From Macrostomum lignano (taxonomy: Eukaryota): DNA of 64,000 bases. The notes below the pieces were generated by a model. It was not told the DNA's origin, did not search any database, and saw nothing but the letters and a program-made list of their open reading frames with translations. Below are positions 35,925 through 47,627 of this stretch, one piece after another. Location: contig NIVC01000143.1 of assembly GCA_002269645.1 (NCBI GenBank), positions 186,001 to 250,000 on the forward strand, given 5' to 3'. A program made the position numbers and the translations under genes. Numbering within the stretch: position 1 is the stretch's first letter; each line of letters starts with the position of its first letter.

Positions 35925-37765
35925 GCAGGGACAGAGGGATGTGAGGGGGGAAGGGAGAGATGGGACGGAGGGGACAGGGGAGAGATATAGAGAGGATGGA
36001 AGCTTGGATATCGGGAGAGGACAGAGGGAGAGATAGAGGGAGGAATAGAGGGAGGGATAGAGAGAGGGATAGAAGGAGGTTTAGAGGGAGGGATAGAGGG
36101 AGGGATAGAGGGAGGGATAGAGAGAGGGATAGAAGGAGGTTTAGAGGGAGGGATAGAGGGAGGGATAGAGGGAGGGATAGAGAGAGGGATAGAGGGGATA
36201 GAGGGAGAGGACAGAGGGGATAGAGGGAGGGATAGAGGGGATAGAGGGAGAGGACAGAGGGATAGAGGGAGGGATAGAGGGAGGGATAGAGGGAGGGACA
36301 GAGGGAGGGATAGAGGGGATAGAGGGAGAGGACAGAGGGGATAGAGGGAGGGATAGAGGGAGGTTTAGAGGGAGGGATAGAGGGAGGGATAGAGGGAGGG
36401 ATAGAGGGGATAGAGGGAGAGGACAGAGGGGGGTAGAGGGAGGGATAGAGGGAGGGATAGAGGGAGGGATAGAGGGAGGGATAGAGGGAGGGACAGAGGG
36501 GATAGAGGGAGAGGACAGAGGGGGTAGAGGGAGGGATAGAGGGAGGGATAGAGGGGATATAGGGAGAGGACAGAGGGGGGTAGAGAGAGGGATAGAGGGA
36601 GGGATAGAGGGAGGGATAGAGGGATAGAGGGAGAGGACAGAGGGGGGTAGAGGGAGGGATAGAGGGAGGGATAGAGGGGGGATAGAGGGGATAGAGGGAG
36701 AGGACAGAGGGGGTAGAGGGAGGGATAGAGGGAGGGATAGAGGGAGGGATAGAGGGAGGGATAGAGGGAGGGACAGAGGGGATAGAGGGAGAGGACAGAG
36801 GGGATAGAGGGAGGGATAGAGGGAGGGATAGAGGGAGGGACAGAGGGGATAGAGGGAGAGGACAGAGGGGGTAGAGGGAGGGATAGAGGGAGGGATAGAG
36901 GGAGGGATAGAGGGGATATAGGGAGAGGACAGAGGGGGTAGAGGGAGGGATAGAGGGAGGGATAGAGGGAGGGATAGAGGGATATAGGGAGAGGACAGAG
37001 GGGGGTAGAGGGAGGGATAGAGGGAGGGATAGAGGGAGGTTTAGAGGGAGGGATAGAGGGAGGGATAGAGGGAGGTTTAGAGGGAGGGATAGAGGGAGGG
37101 ATAGAGGGGGGATAGAGGGGATATAGGGAGAGGACAGAGGGGGGTAGAGGGAGGGATAGAGGGAGGGATAGAGGGAGGGATAGAGGGAGGTTTAGAGGGA
37201 GGGATAGAGGGAGGGATAGAGGGAGGTTTAGAGGGAGGGATAGAGGGAGGGATAGAGGGGATAGAGGGAGAGGACAGAGGGGGTAGAGGGAGGGATAGAG
37301 GGAGGGATAGAGGGGATATAGGGAGAGGACAGAGGGGGGTAGAGGGAGGGATAGAGGGAGGGATAGAGGGAGGGATAGAGGGAGGTTTAGAGGGAGGGAT
37401 AGAGGGAGGGATAGAGGGAGGGATAGAGGGAGGTTTAGAGGGAGGGATAGAGGGAGGGATAGAGGGAGGTTTAGAGGGAGGGATAGAGGGAGGGATAGAG
37501 GGAGGGATAGAGGGAGGGATAGAGGGAGGGACAGAGGGGATAGAGGGAGAGGACAGAGGGGATAGAGGGAGGGATAGAGGGAGGGATAGAGGGAGAGGAC
37601 AGAGGGGATAAAGGGAGGGATAGAGGGAGGGATAGAGGGAGGGACAGAGGGGATAGAGGGAGAGGACAGAGGGGTAGAGGGAGGGATAGAGGGAGGGATA
37701 GAGGGAGGGATAGAGGGGATATAGGGAGAGGACAGAGGGGGTAGAGGGAGGGGTAGAGGGAGGCG
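35925..37765. repeat. G-rich polypurine satellite (GAGGGAGGGATA)n with GGAGAGGACA variants
   Basis: About 1.8 kb, almost purely purine on +; the Pro/Ser/Leu ORFs on - are artefacts. Confidence 0.93.
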
Positions 37766-38333
37766 ACATAAGATGGGAGACATACATGATGAGGACAACA
37801 ATAGACAGAGGGAAGTGTAGAGGGAAATAGTGGTGAGTAAATAATGTAAGAAATAAATAATGCAGAAAGCATTAAAAGAAAATTTTAGTGCACGGATTTT
37901 TGCAGCAATTTCTTTGCATAATAATAAATAAATAAATCCCAGATCTCCAGAATTAACTTCTTTCCAGCTCGTACCGCTTATGAATTCGCCCCTCGTGCGG
38001 TTTGGGATTTTCTCGACCGTCTCAACGTTCCGCAATATTTCTCATCCCGTCCACTTCCGCTACTGGCCCATCCACTTTCGAGCACACACTCACTCGCTCC
38101 AAGCTCGCATTTCTCACTCATGGACGCAGGTTCCGCATCGAATGGCTGCATGCCGACCTCATTACTCATTCTGGCTTCTGTGCTGGCCCAACCCCTGACG
38201 AATGGGGCCGTGCCGTGGCGTGGGGGGGGGGTGGGCAGACGAGAGAAGCTCGATCGAAAGATAAATTAACAACCGAACTAGCCAGTCGTCCGCATACACA
38301 CGAAATATCTGACTGTTGTATATGCACAGAGCA

Positions 38334-40011
38334 ATGTCCGCAATAGAATGTGCCACCACCGTCCTAACCATTGTACTGTCGATGGCTGCTAGTCAGACAC
38401 TGGTGCCTCCCAAGTGCTTCGTTGATGAGGAAGTCAAGCCTGGACTGGTGTGCAACGCTATACTACACTTTCACGACAAAGTGGTAGACCAGGGACAGTA
38501 CTGCAGAGGCTGCCAGCACTGCAGCGGCGAGCACGTGTCCCTGACGGCTGATAACAGTTTCGTTTGGCTGCACTTTGAGCACCCGGACCTGCTGGTGCAG
38601 TTCCTGGCGTGCGGCGAGCTGCAAAAACCCGATCGACGCTGCAACTCTGGAGAGGTGGCGGCCATCTTTGACAGTCCGCACGATGCCTGGAGACCCCAGT
38701 TAAGGAGACACTCCTGCAGCTGTCCGGTTGCCATGGGGAATAAGGTGTGTTAGATGATAATGCATTTCTGCAGCTGTCCGGTTGCCATGGGGAATAAGGT
38801 GTGTAGCTGATGATGCATTTCTGCAGCTGTCCGGTTGCCATGGGGAATAAGGTGTGTAGCTGCTGACGCATTTCTGCATCTGTCCAGTTGTCATGGGGAA
38901 TAAGGTGTGTAGCTGATGATGCATTTCTACAGCTGTCCGGTTGCCATGGGGAATAAGGTGTGTAGCTGATGATGCATTTCTGCAGCTGTCCGGTTGCCAT
39001 GGGGAATAAGGTGTGGTAGATGATGAAGCATTCCTGCAGCTGTCCGGTTGCCATGGGGAATAAGAAGGTGTGTAGCTGATGAATCATTCCTGCAGCTGTC
39101 GGTTGCCATGGGGAATAAGGTGTGTTAGATGATGAAGCATTCCTGCAGCTGTCCGGTTGCCATGGGGAATAAGGTGTGTAGCTGATGATGCATTTCTGTA
39201 GCTGTCCGGTTGCCATGGGGAATAAGGTGTGTTAGATGATGAAGCATTTCTGCAGCTGTCCGGTTGCCATGGGGAATAAGGTGTGGTAGATGATGAAGCA
39301 TTCCTGCAGCTGTCCGGTTGCCATGGGGAATAAGGTGTGTTAGATGATGAAGCCTTCCTGCAGCTGTCCGGTTGCCATGTGTCAGAGGTAGCTGGTGAGG
39401 CACATGTGCAGCTTTCCGATTGCCAATATAATAGACACAATTTCTTTCCTTGGACATTAACTATCTCTGTATTTAAGGTGCCGCTGTACCAGCTTCGCTC
39501 CTGGAGTCTGCAGAACAACCAGTGGGTTTACGAGTTCGTCTGCCCCATCGAGCAGTGCCGAGTTCCAGATTCCCTACTGCCATCAGCTCCAGCCCTGCCC
39601 GCGACCTCGACTGCTGGAACAGCCGCAGCCACACCAGACCGACAGCCGGCAGTTGCAGGGTCGCCAACTTCAACCGGACGTCCGACAGTTTGCGCTGAGA
39701 AGCGCCAGTCAACGTCTGGCGGTCCCGTCTCCGTGACCTTCAAATGCTCGTGCCCGCAAGGCTACCACTGCATTATTCACGACATCGTACTGAAGGCGGA
39801 CGGCACAGCGGCTGGAGGCAAATCCGGCGCGGGAGGCGGCGGTGCCAGCGCTGGCGGCGGGGCCGGCGGTAGCGTCGGAGGAGGAGGCGGCGGGGGTGGC
39901 GCAGCGGGCGGCGGCGGAGGCGGGGACGGCAGCTGGATACCACTGGTCTCAAGGTATTGCCAGCGAGTAGCGCTGCCCTCAACCAATGGGACAGACGATT
40001 CAGGAAAGTAG
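38334..40011 (+). CDS. Secreted cysteine-rich Argos (giant-lens)-like protein, 2 exons
   Basis: Exons 38334-38744 and 39478-40011 join in phase 0 (GNK|VPL). Hydrophobic N-terminus MSAIECATTVLTIVLSMAASQ. Cys motifs HSCSCP...YEFVC and CSCPQGYHC...SRYC parallel Argos HCRCP...YLFAC and CQCPKGHRC...SGYC (recalled from memory, not searched). Confidence 0.6.
38712..39378 (+). repeat. ~54-bp tandem array duplicating the exon-1/intron junction, ~12 copies
   Basis: Unit CTGCAGCTGTCCGGTTGCCATGGGGAATAAG|GTGTGT(T)AG.TGATGA.GCATT; the first copy is the coding exon end. Confidence 0.93.
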
Positions 40012-40224
40012 ACCGACAGCCACTAATGGCGTTGTTATAAGGAGATGGCGTAGTTTGCGACTACTGACAGACTTTAATGACGGACTTCTAACTATTCTGT
40101 TTCGTTGATCGATTAACGATTCTTTAAAAGTACATAAACAGCTTCAGATGCTCAGACGCTATTTTAAATTTGTATTGCTGGGTGAAGTTCAACGGCCGAT
40201 GATTAAGGAGCGATTCATTTAATA

Positions 40225-41235
40225 TTTGATAATTCAGAGGCGATTCTTTTAATTCTTGATGGTTCAGAGGCGATTATTTTAATTCTTGATGGTTCAGAGG
40301 CGATTATTTTAATTCTTGATGGTTCAGAGGCGATTCTTTTAATTCTTGATGGTTCAGAGGCGATTATTTTAATTCTTTATGGTTCAGAGGCGATTCTTTT
40401 AATTCTTGATGGTTCAGAGGCGATTCTTTTAATTCTTGATGGTTCAGAGGCGATTCTTTTAATTCTTGATGGTTCAGAGGCGATTCTTTTAATTCTTGAT
40501 GGTTCAGGGGCGATTCTTTTAATTCTTGATGGTTCAGAGGCGATTATTTTAATTCTTGATGGTTCAGAGGCGATTCTTTTAATTCTTGATGGTTCAGAGG
40601 CGATTCTTTTAATTCTTGATGATTCAGAGGCGATTATTTTAATTCTTGATGGTTCAGAGGCGATTCTTTTAATTCTTGATGGTTCAGAGGCGATTATTTT
40701 AATTCTTGATGGTTTAGAGGCGATTCTTTAAATTCTTGATGATTCAGGGCGATTCTTTGAGCTGTCGATGATTCAGGGGCGATTCTTTAAATTCTGGATG
40801 ATTCAGGGGTGATTCTTTGATCTGTCGATGATTCAGGGGCGATTCTTTTAATTCTTGATGATTCAGGGGTGATTCTTTTAATTCTTGATGATTCAGGGGT
40901 GATTCTTTAAATTCTTGATGATTCAGGGGTGATTCTTTGAGCTGTCGATGATTCAGGGGCGATTCTTTAAATTCTTGATGATTCAGGGCGATTCTTTAAA
41001 TTCTGGATGATTCAGGGGTGATTCTTTGAGATTTCGATGATTCAGGGGCGATTCTTTGAGCTGTCGATGATTCCGGGGCGATTCATTAAATTCTTGATGA
41101 TTCAGGGGCGATTCTTTCAATATTTGATGATTCAGGGGCGATTCATTAAATTCTTGATGATTCAGGGGCGATTCTTTCAATATTTGATGATTCAGGGGCG
41201 ATTGTTTGAATTCTTGATGATTCAGAGGCGATTCC
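40225..41235. repeat. ~30-bp minisatellite (GGTTCAGAGGCGATTCTTTTAATTCTTGAT), ~34 copies
   Basis: Unit sequence drifts along the array; lies between the convergent Argos-like and haspin genes. Confidence 0.93.
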
Positions 41236-41801
41236 TTAGATTCAGCCGCAAAAATACAGTACCCATTTGTGGCAAACAGTTTTCACTAGCTATCAGCAGA
41301 CGCAAATATTGTAGGCACGCTGACACGTGTATGTGCACATGTACATACACTCCTAATGCAAGTGTTCACTGTTTAGTAAAATAAATACATAACTTAAATA
41401 AATTATCTGTAGCACCAAACTACTATTGTCAGTAGCTTATGACGATAAATAAATTTAAAATAATCGTAGAAATGTGAAACTGGATTTGATTTTCAGTTGT
41501 TTAAATTTACACAAATGCCGTTTTCTATGTTGAAAAAAATTATTGCGCAACAAAAATGACTGCACTTGTATATTGTTTTAGCAAAGATAGGCGAAAAATA
41601 TTTAATTGTCTACGCAAACAAATAGTAATTATATATTGGCAGTAAAAATAAAACAAATAAAGAAGACTAAAACTAAGAATTAATGCAAAACCATTGGTGG
41701 CACAATGATAGCGGCATGCACATTACCGTTACGTATACATGTAAAAGTGCATAATTATAATCCATTGGGTAATTTTTAAAGGCTGTACTGTTCTACTAGG
41801 C

Positions 41802-42163
41802 TAGGAGCTGGCAAACTTGCCATCTTGAGGGCCGGGAGAATGGGAGAGAGTCGAGAAGGAAGAGAAGGAAAATAGAAGAGAGGAGAGGAGGAGAGTAGAG
41901 GTGAGATAAAGAAGGGATAAGATAGAAGAGAAGGGGGAAGAGAGAAGAGAGAGGAGGAGAGAAGGGAGAGAAGAGAAGGGAGACAAGAGGAAAGAGGAGA
42001 GGAGAGAAGGGAGGGAAGAGAAGGGGAGAGAAGGGAGACGAGAGGAGAGGAGAGAATGGAGAGGTTAGAAGAGACACAAGACTTAGGCGGGCCGTATTGC
42101 TATTTTACAAGAACCCGATGGCCGGATCGAGACGCTTGGAGGGCCAGAGTTTGCCGACCCATA
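41802..42163. mobile_element. hAT-Charlie-like MITE with AG-rich interior
   Basis: Imperfect 15-bp TIRs (TAGGAGCTGGCAAAC / TATGGGTCGGCAAAC); flanking 8-mers TACTAGGC / AGCTAGGC fit the NNCTAGNN TSD pattern. Confidence 0.65.
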
Positions 42164-42243
42164 AGCTAGGCTAAATGCCATGAATCAGTGATAGCTATAT
42201 TACACAAAGGCAATAGAGATTACGCAATAGAAAGGTACGAGAT

Positions 42244-45200
42244 CTAGTTACAAACCCTGACAGCAGCAAATGGATCGTCAGTCCCGGTGCACAGGACCAA
42301 CTCCTGACAGCTGGAATAGTTCAATAATCGATCAGTCAGTCTCTTCAAATCAGCCAATCCGTCAGCTTCATCGCCCAGCTTCTCCAGCATCTTCATCGCT
42401 AAATAGTGCATCCAGTAGACATTGGTTTTGGGCACGAACTGACGCCAATTGTCGTTGCACTCCGATCGCATCAGGCGGTAGATTTCGAACTGATAATCGC
42501 CTTCTCCAGCGAATAGCTCTTCATCGTCACTCAGGTCGGTGAACATCACGCAGCTGGGGCTGGGACTCAGCCGGCTGATGGTGAAGTCTATGACAGTGGC
42601 AGCGATGCCGCGGGTTGCTATGACAACTGGACGCCCGGCAACCAGGTAGGATGCGGACGAGCCCGCGGCGGTTTGGATCTGAGTGAGAGTTGGCACAAAA
42701 CGGAGGGCATAAAGGCACTGAAGGGTGGCTTGGAGATGGGGTGTCAGATCACATCACAAAAAAAGTTGAAGGATGAAGTATCTGGGATCTTGCATTAGAG
42801 CTCAAGGAGTCGACATTCAAGGATTGATAAAAAATTGGAATCAAGATCTGGGATAAAAGATTAGAATAAAGATCTGGGATCAAAGATGACCTGGGAACAA
42901 AGATTAGAATCAATATCTGGGAACAAAGATTAGAATCAATATCTGGGAACAAAGATTAGAATCAAGACCTGGGATCAAAGATTAAAATCAAGACCTGGGA
43001 ACAAAGATTAGAATCAAGACCTAGGTTCAAAGATTGGAATCAAGACCTGGGAACAAAGATTAGAATCAAGACCTGGGAACAAAGATTAGAATCAAGACCT
43101 AAGAACAAAGATTAGAATCAAGACCTAAGAACAAAGATTAGAATCAAGTCCTAAGAACAAAGATTAGAATCAAGACCTGAGAACAAAGATTAGAATCAAG
43201 ACCTCGGATCAAAGATTAGAATCAAGACCTGGGATCAAAGATTAGAATCAAGAAGACCTGAAAATTGTATCAAATCACAATTTTGTTCAACAGTCCAATA
43301 AGCCAGCCAGCTCACCAGCACATTGCCCCAGTGCAGATCCCGATGCTCAAACTGCAGCTGTGCCTCAGCAGCAGCCAGAGAGGCAGCCACCTGCCCAGCC
43401 AGAGCCAAAGCCTGCCAGCCATCATCAATAGAAAAAGTCTCCAGCGGTCCGCCAGCGAAGGCCAGTCGCATGGCGAGCCACAGCTGACTGGCTGGCAGCT
43501 CGGCAGGGCAGTCATTCTCCGTGGCGCAGTTGGCGGCAAACTTCTGCCAGGCTGTTGCCAGACTGCGGTGCAGGCGGCCGCGGTGGACGCTGGCCGAGAG
43601 CAGCTGGGCGAAACCGGACGAGCGATTGCGGCGATAGCGACTGGACAGGGCCGTGAGCTTGCGGGCTATGAGGAGCTCGGGAAGCACCTGGCGTAGAAAT
43701 GTTTGAATAGAATTAGTATCTAAGCTTTTTTCTTCAAGGTTAGGCCAATAAGCAGTTCTTGGATTCTAAAAAAGAGCCGTACTATATCCCCCAGATCATT
43801 TGAATAAGCTAATGTATCCGAAGATTCTAAGGTAGACAAGCTAAAGCTACCAACCCCAGGACCCTCTGTTGCTGGACCAGCCACTCAGATCCTCAGTTGC
43901 TGGGCCACCAGCCTCCCAAATCTTCAGTTGCTGGGCCGCCAGCCTCCCAAATCCTCAGTTGCTGGGCCGCCAGCCTCCCAAATCCTCAGTTGCTGGGCCG
44001 CCAGCCTCTAAGTCCTCAGTTGCTGGGCCGCCAGCCTCCCAAGTCCTCAGTTGCTGGGCCGCCAGCCTCCCAAGTCCTCAGTTGCTGGGCCAGCCTCACA
44101 AGTCCTCAGTTGCTAGGCCAGCCTTTCAGATTTTAATTGCTCGGCACCCTCCCAGATCCCAATCACTAACTAAGAATAAAATTGCTTATCAAACCAACCA
44201 GACCTCATCGAAACTCTTCTGCGGCTCTCCGTTGATTTTTCGCCTTCCAGCAATTGGCAGCACCTTGACGGCTAGACGTCCTTGACCGTCGCTGCTGGCC
44301 ACAGAGTACACTTCTCCGAACACGCCTTCGCCAAGTTTCTTGACCTCACTCTCAGCCTCAGCCGTGTCTGCAGGCATAAACTTGCACCATTGCAGAGGTG
44401 CAGTTTGATCGCACATTCGCAACACGCAGTCCCGATGCCGACCCTCAGTGTACAGATTCCAGTAGGTGGCATTCATTGAAGCTTCAACAGATGCTGACGC
44501 TGCCGCGGTGGATGAAGAACAATTGCTAGTTTGATCAGCCGTAGCTGATGATAGCAACGAAGCAGCATGACGATCCAGTTTATCTGATTTGTCATTAACA
44601 TCATCATCAATATCGTCATCCCTGCTGGAGCTCTTGTCCGAGGCAAACACTTCAACTCTGCGCCTACTGCTAGCACGTTTTCTAGCCCGAATATAGAAAC
44701 TGCCGCAGTGCCTAGCCGTGATTGGCTGACAACGTCGGCTAACTTCTTTAACGGAGTCTTTGTCACGGAATGCTACAGCCAAGTGAGGCCCAGGAGCTGC
44801 TGCAGCCAATAACAGTGGCGATTGATACTCAATATTAGACACCTGGTGATGAGTGGTGGACGAAGAAGAGTCTTCTCGGCTGCAAGCAAGGCTAAGTCGA
44901 CGTTGTTTTACATGCTGCAGCTGCTGCATCGGTGTACTAAAGTGCAAGGCAGTTGGATGGAACTTCGAAGCCGACAATAAACCAGAGTTATTAGCATGGC
45001 AGTTATTCGACATTGGCTGTTTGATGTCGCTTCGAGAAGTCACAGCTGGCGACTCAGAAGACACAGACTTCGGCTCGTGCACCGATTCAACTACAAGAGA
45101 ATACTTTTCAATTGAACTAAAATCTGGCACTTTATCTGCCGAAGTTGGCTGAGGTTCCGGTTGCTTCTTTGCAACTTTATTTCCTTTATTGGCTACAACT

Positions 45201-45597
45201 TTAACAACACCTTCCTGTGGACCACTCCGAGTTGGCAATAGCAGCGGGCTGGCTGTTGTCAAGTTGGTACCGCTGGTTACAGCAAAGCCCAGCGCTTCAG
45301 CCAGTCTGCTTCGAGACGAGGAGCCATGCAACTCCATAGACGAAGTATTCGGCAGTTTGTGGGACTTCGCTTTGCAATCTTTTTTCTGTTGCCCATCTTC
45401 TGGGTCGGCAAAGAGGCTGTCATTAAATCTATTTGGCAAGTTAGCATTAGTGCGAGTCTGCAATGGAGCCTGCGCTCTTTGCTTGCGCAATGCTGGCCTA
45501 GAATGCTGCTGCTTCTTCTTGTTGTTTTGTTGTTTGTGCTTATGCCGTACCATCACAATGGAATTTGGTGTGCTAAATGAGACAGTTTCTTGAGGCA
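42244..45597 (-). CDS. HASPIN: Haspin serine/threonine kinase (histone H3-Thr3 kinase); first exon not located
   Basis: Exons 45597-44204, 43687-43316 and 42678-42244: KLGEGVFGEVY...AVKV...NGEPQKSFDE|VLPELLI...FEHRDLHWGNVL|I...IDFTISRL...LFAGEGDYQFEIYRLMR...W..F.PKTNVYWMHYL are diagnostic haspin motifs after a long low-complexity N-terminus. The 45597 acceptor is phase 1, so an upstream exon exists. Confidence 0.93.
42840..43255. repeat. 26-bp minisatellite (GAACAAAGATTAGAATCAAGACCTGG) in haspin intron
   Basis: Direct reading. Confidence 0.9.
43865..44125. repeat. ~31-bp minisatellite (TCCTCAGTTGCTGGGCCGCCAGCCTCCCAAA) in haspin intron
   Basis: About 8 copies. Confidence 0.9.
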
Positions 45598-46595
45598 CTG
45601 AAATGTTAGTGAAAATTCTGAAGGCAAAAATGTTACAAGTTCATATGATATGCTCTATACTGATGAGGTTTTAAAGGACCCAAAATTTACATATGGTAAC
45701 TAGACATGACTAGACATGACATGACATCTATCATATGGTTTTTACTGCTCAATGAAAATTAATAAGTTGCTGTTTTTTAACCTTCAGGCCTTATTAGATA
45801 CTTTATAAACTTTGATATTGTTTGTATCTGTATACTATCATGACATAATATTTAGACACAGAAAATTAAATTTGCTGTATAATGTTTAAAGTTCCATTCC
45901 ATATTTTTTATTTGGTTATATTTGGTCTTTTTCATGTATAACTAATATGAATTGTACAAATAAATTATATAGACATTTGAATTAGCATAAAGAGATAAAC
46001 TAAAACATGATTTTCTGACCTTCTGATCTTCTGACTGATATTATCCATTTCATTTGTCTGATTTATAACATCTTAAATTTAAGCCTTTTAGATACTAGAT
46101 CACAAGTCTTGGTGACTATATGCTAAAAATTGTCACTAAAGTTAAAATACATTCTATAAAGAAGTTAGAAAGAAAAATTACTTTGCATTTGATAAAATGA
46201 CTGCCAATTATCAGAGGCAAAAAAGTAAAATATTATAAGTAAAATGGTTGAATTTAAGGAATCTAAAGGTTATTTTTTCACTTTAGTATTTCGGATTCAA
46301 TTTCCTATGTCAGGTTCAGAGATTTAGTATAGTTGTATATATATCATATTTGCAATTAATACAAATTTTCAAAGTGATATCATTTTACTTAAGATACTTG
46401 TACTACTATATAGTTCTATTTAATTTAAGTTAAAGTGGGCTCTATTATTATCTACCATTTGACGAAATGACCACATTACTGTTTGACAAAAAGGCTTTTA
46501 ACAAATGGTATTTGAGGAAATGTCCTAAAACCATTGTAGCTGCACTGCAGGTTATGAACTTTGTAAGATATACAATTGCTACAATTCCCAATAAT

Positions 46596-47627
46596 AATGG
46601 TACTTAGGCCAAGAAGCATCGTGGAGTCACTTGTATCACCCCAGAGTCATTTCAGACATGTTGCAGATGACATAGGTCAAATAGGATAGAAGTGATTTTA
46701 AATGCCCCTAAAGCAATGAGATTTCATGGTAGAAGTTGCAAAAAAGTTGTCAAAGAGTCACCCCAGAATCACTTTGAAGTATTTTATTGTCTGCAATTCT
46801 AAAATGATTCTGGGATGATGCAAGTGATACTGGCGCGACTCTAGTGACTCTGGGGCAATAGTATAAATCCTGGGGCCACAGAGTCATATTTGAGGCATTC
46901 CAGAGTCACATTAGCTAGAGTCACTGAGTTGTGTTTGAAGTGAATTTGCATTGCTTGATGAATTAGTCATATTTCTGGCATTTCAGCAGTGTTTTGCAGT
47001 TTCTAAAAAGTTACACAAGAGGCACTTTAGCGTCATTGTAAAATATCATTAACTGCATCACTTTTGGGGTGCTCTGGATACATTATAGAGTTTTTATGAG
47101 CATACTACCAGTATTAAACAGACTGTTGGATTGTCATTTCTAGGAAAATACAAAATGCATGCTCATCAACTCCAAAGTGATACACTTACAATTTTACAGT
47201 GACTAGGCCTAAAGTGCTTCTTTAGCAACTTTTTACCAACTTGTATATATCCATTACTTTGCTACATTCAGTGGCTTGCCAATATACATGGGGCAGAGTA
47301 CTAAGGTTTAAACTGAGGGGGGAGGCCTGTCTATTTATGTTGCTATATGGTCTTTGCATTCTTGCCACTCTGCACTTTATTTTTTAAACAAAAAAAGTAA
47401 AAAATGCTTGCAACTTGTGGGGAGTTTGTTTTCTGCTCCCCTCTTTAGGCCTAATACTTCATTGCACTGTTGCTGCCTCACAGCTTTGTGTGCCTTTTGG
47501 CCTGTGTATCCTTAAGGTTTAGAGTCATTTAGAATCACTTCTTTCCTATTTAACCTATCATCCACAAGGCATCTAAAACAACTTTGGGACAATTGACTTC
47601 AGGACACTTCTTGGCTTAGGTGCCATT
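46596..47627. mobile_element. Decayed foldback / MITE-like element with ~110-bp inverted arms
   Basis: 46596-46713 is an imperfect reverse complement of 47518-47627 (e.g. ataggtcaaataggatagaagtgattttaaatg vs ataggttaaataggaaagaagtgattctaaatg). Confidence 0.55.
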
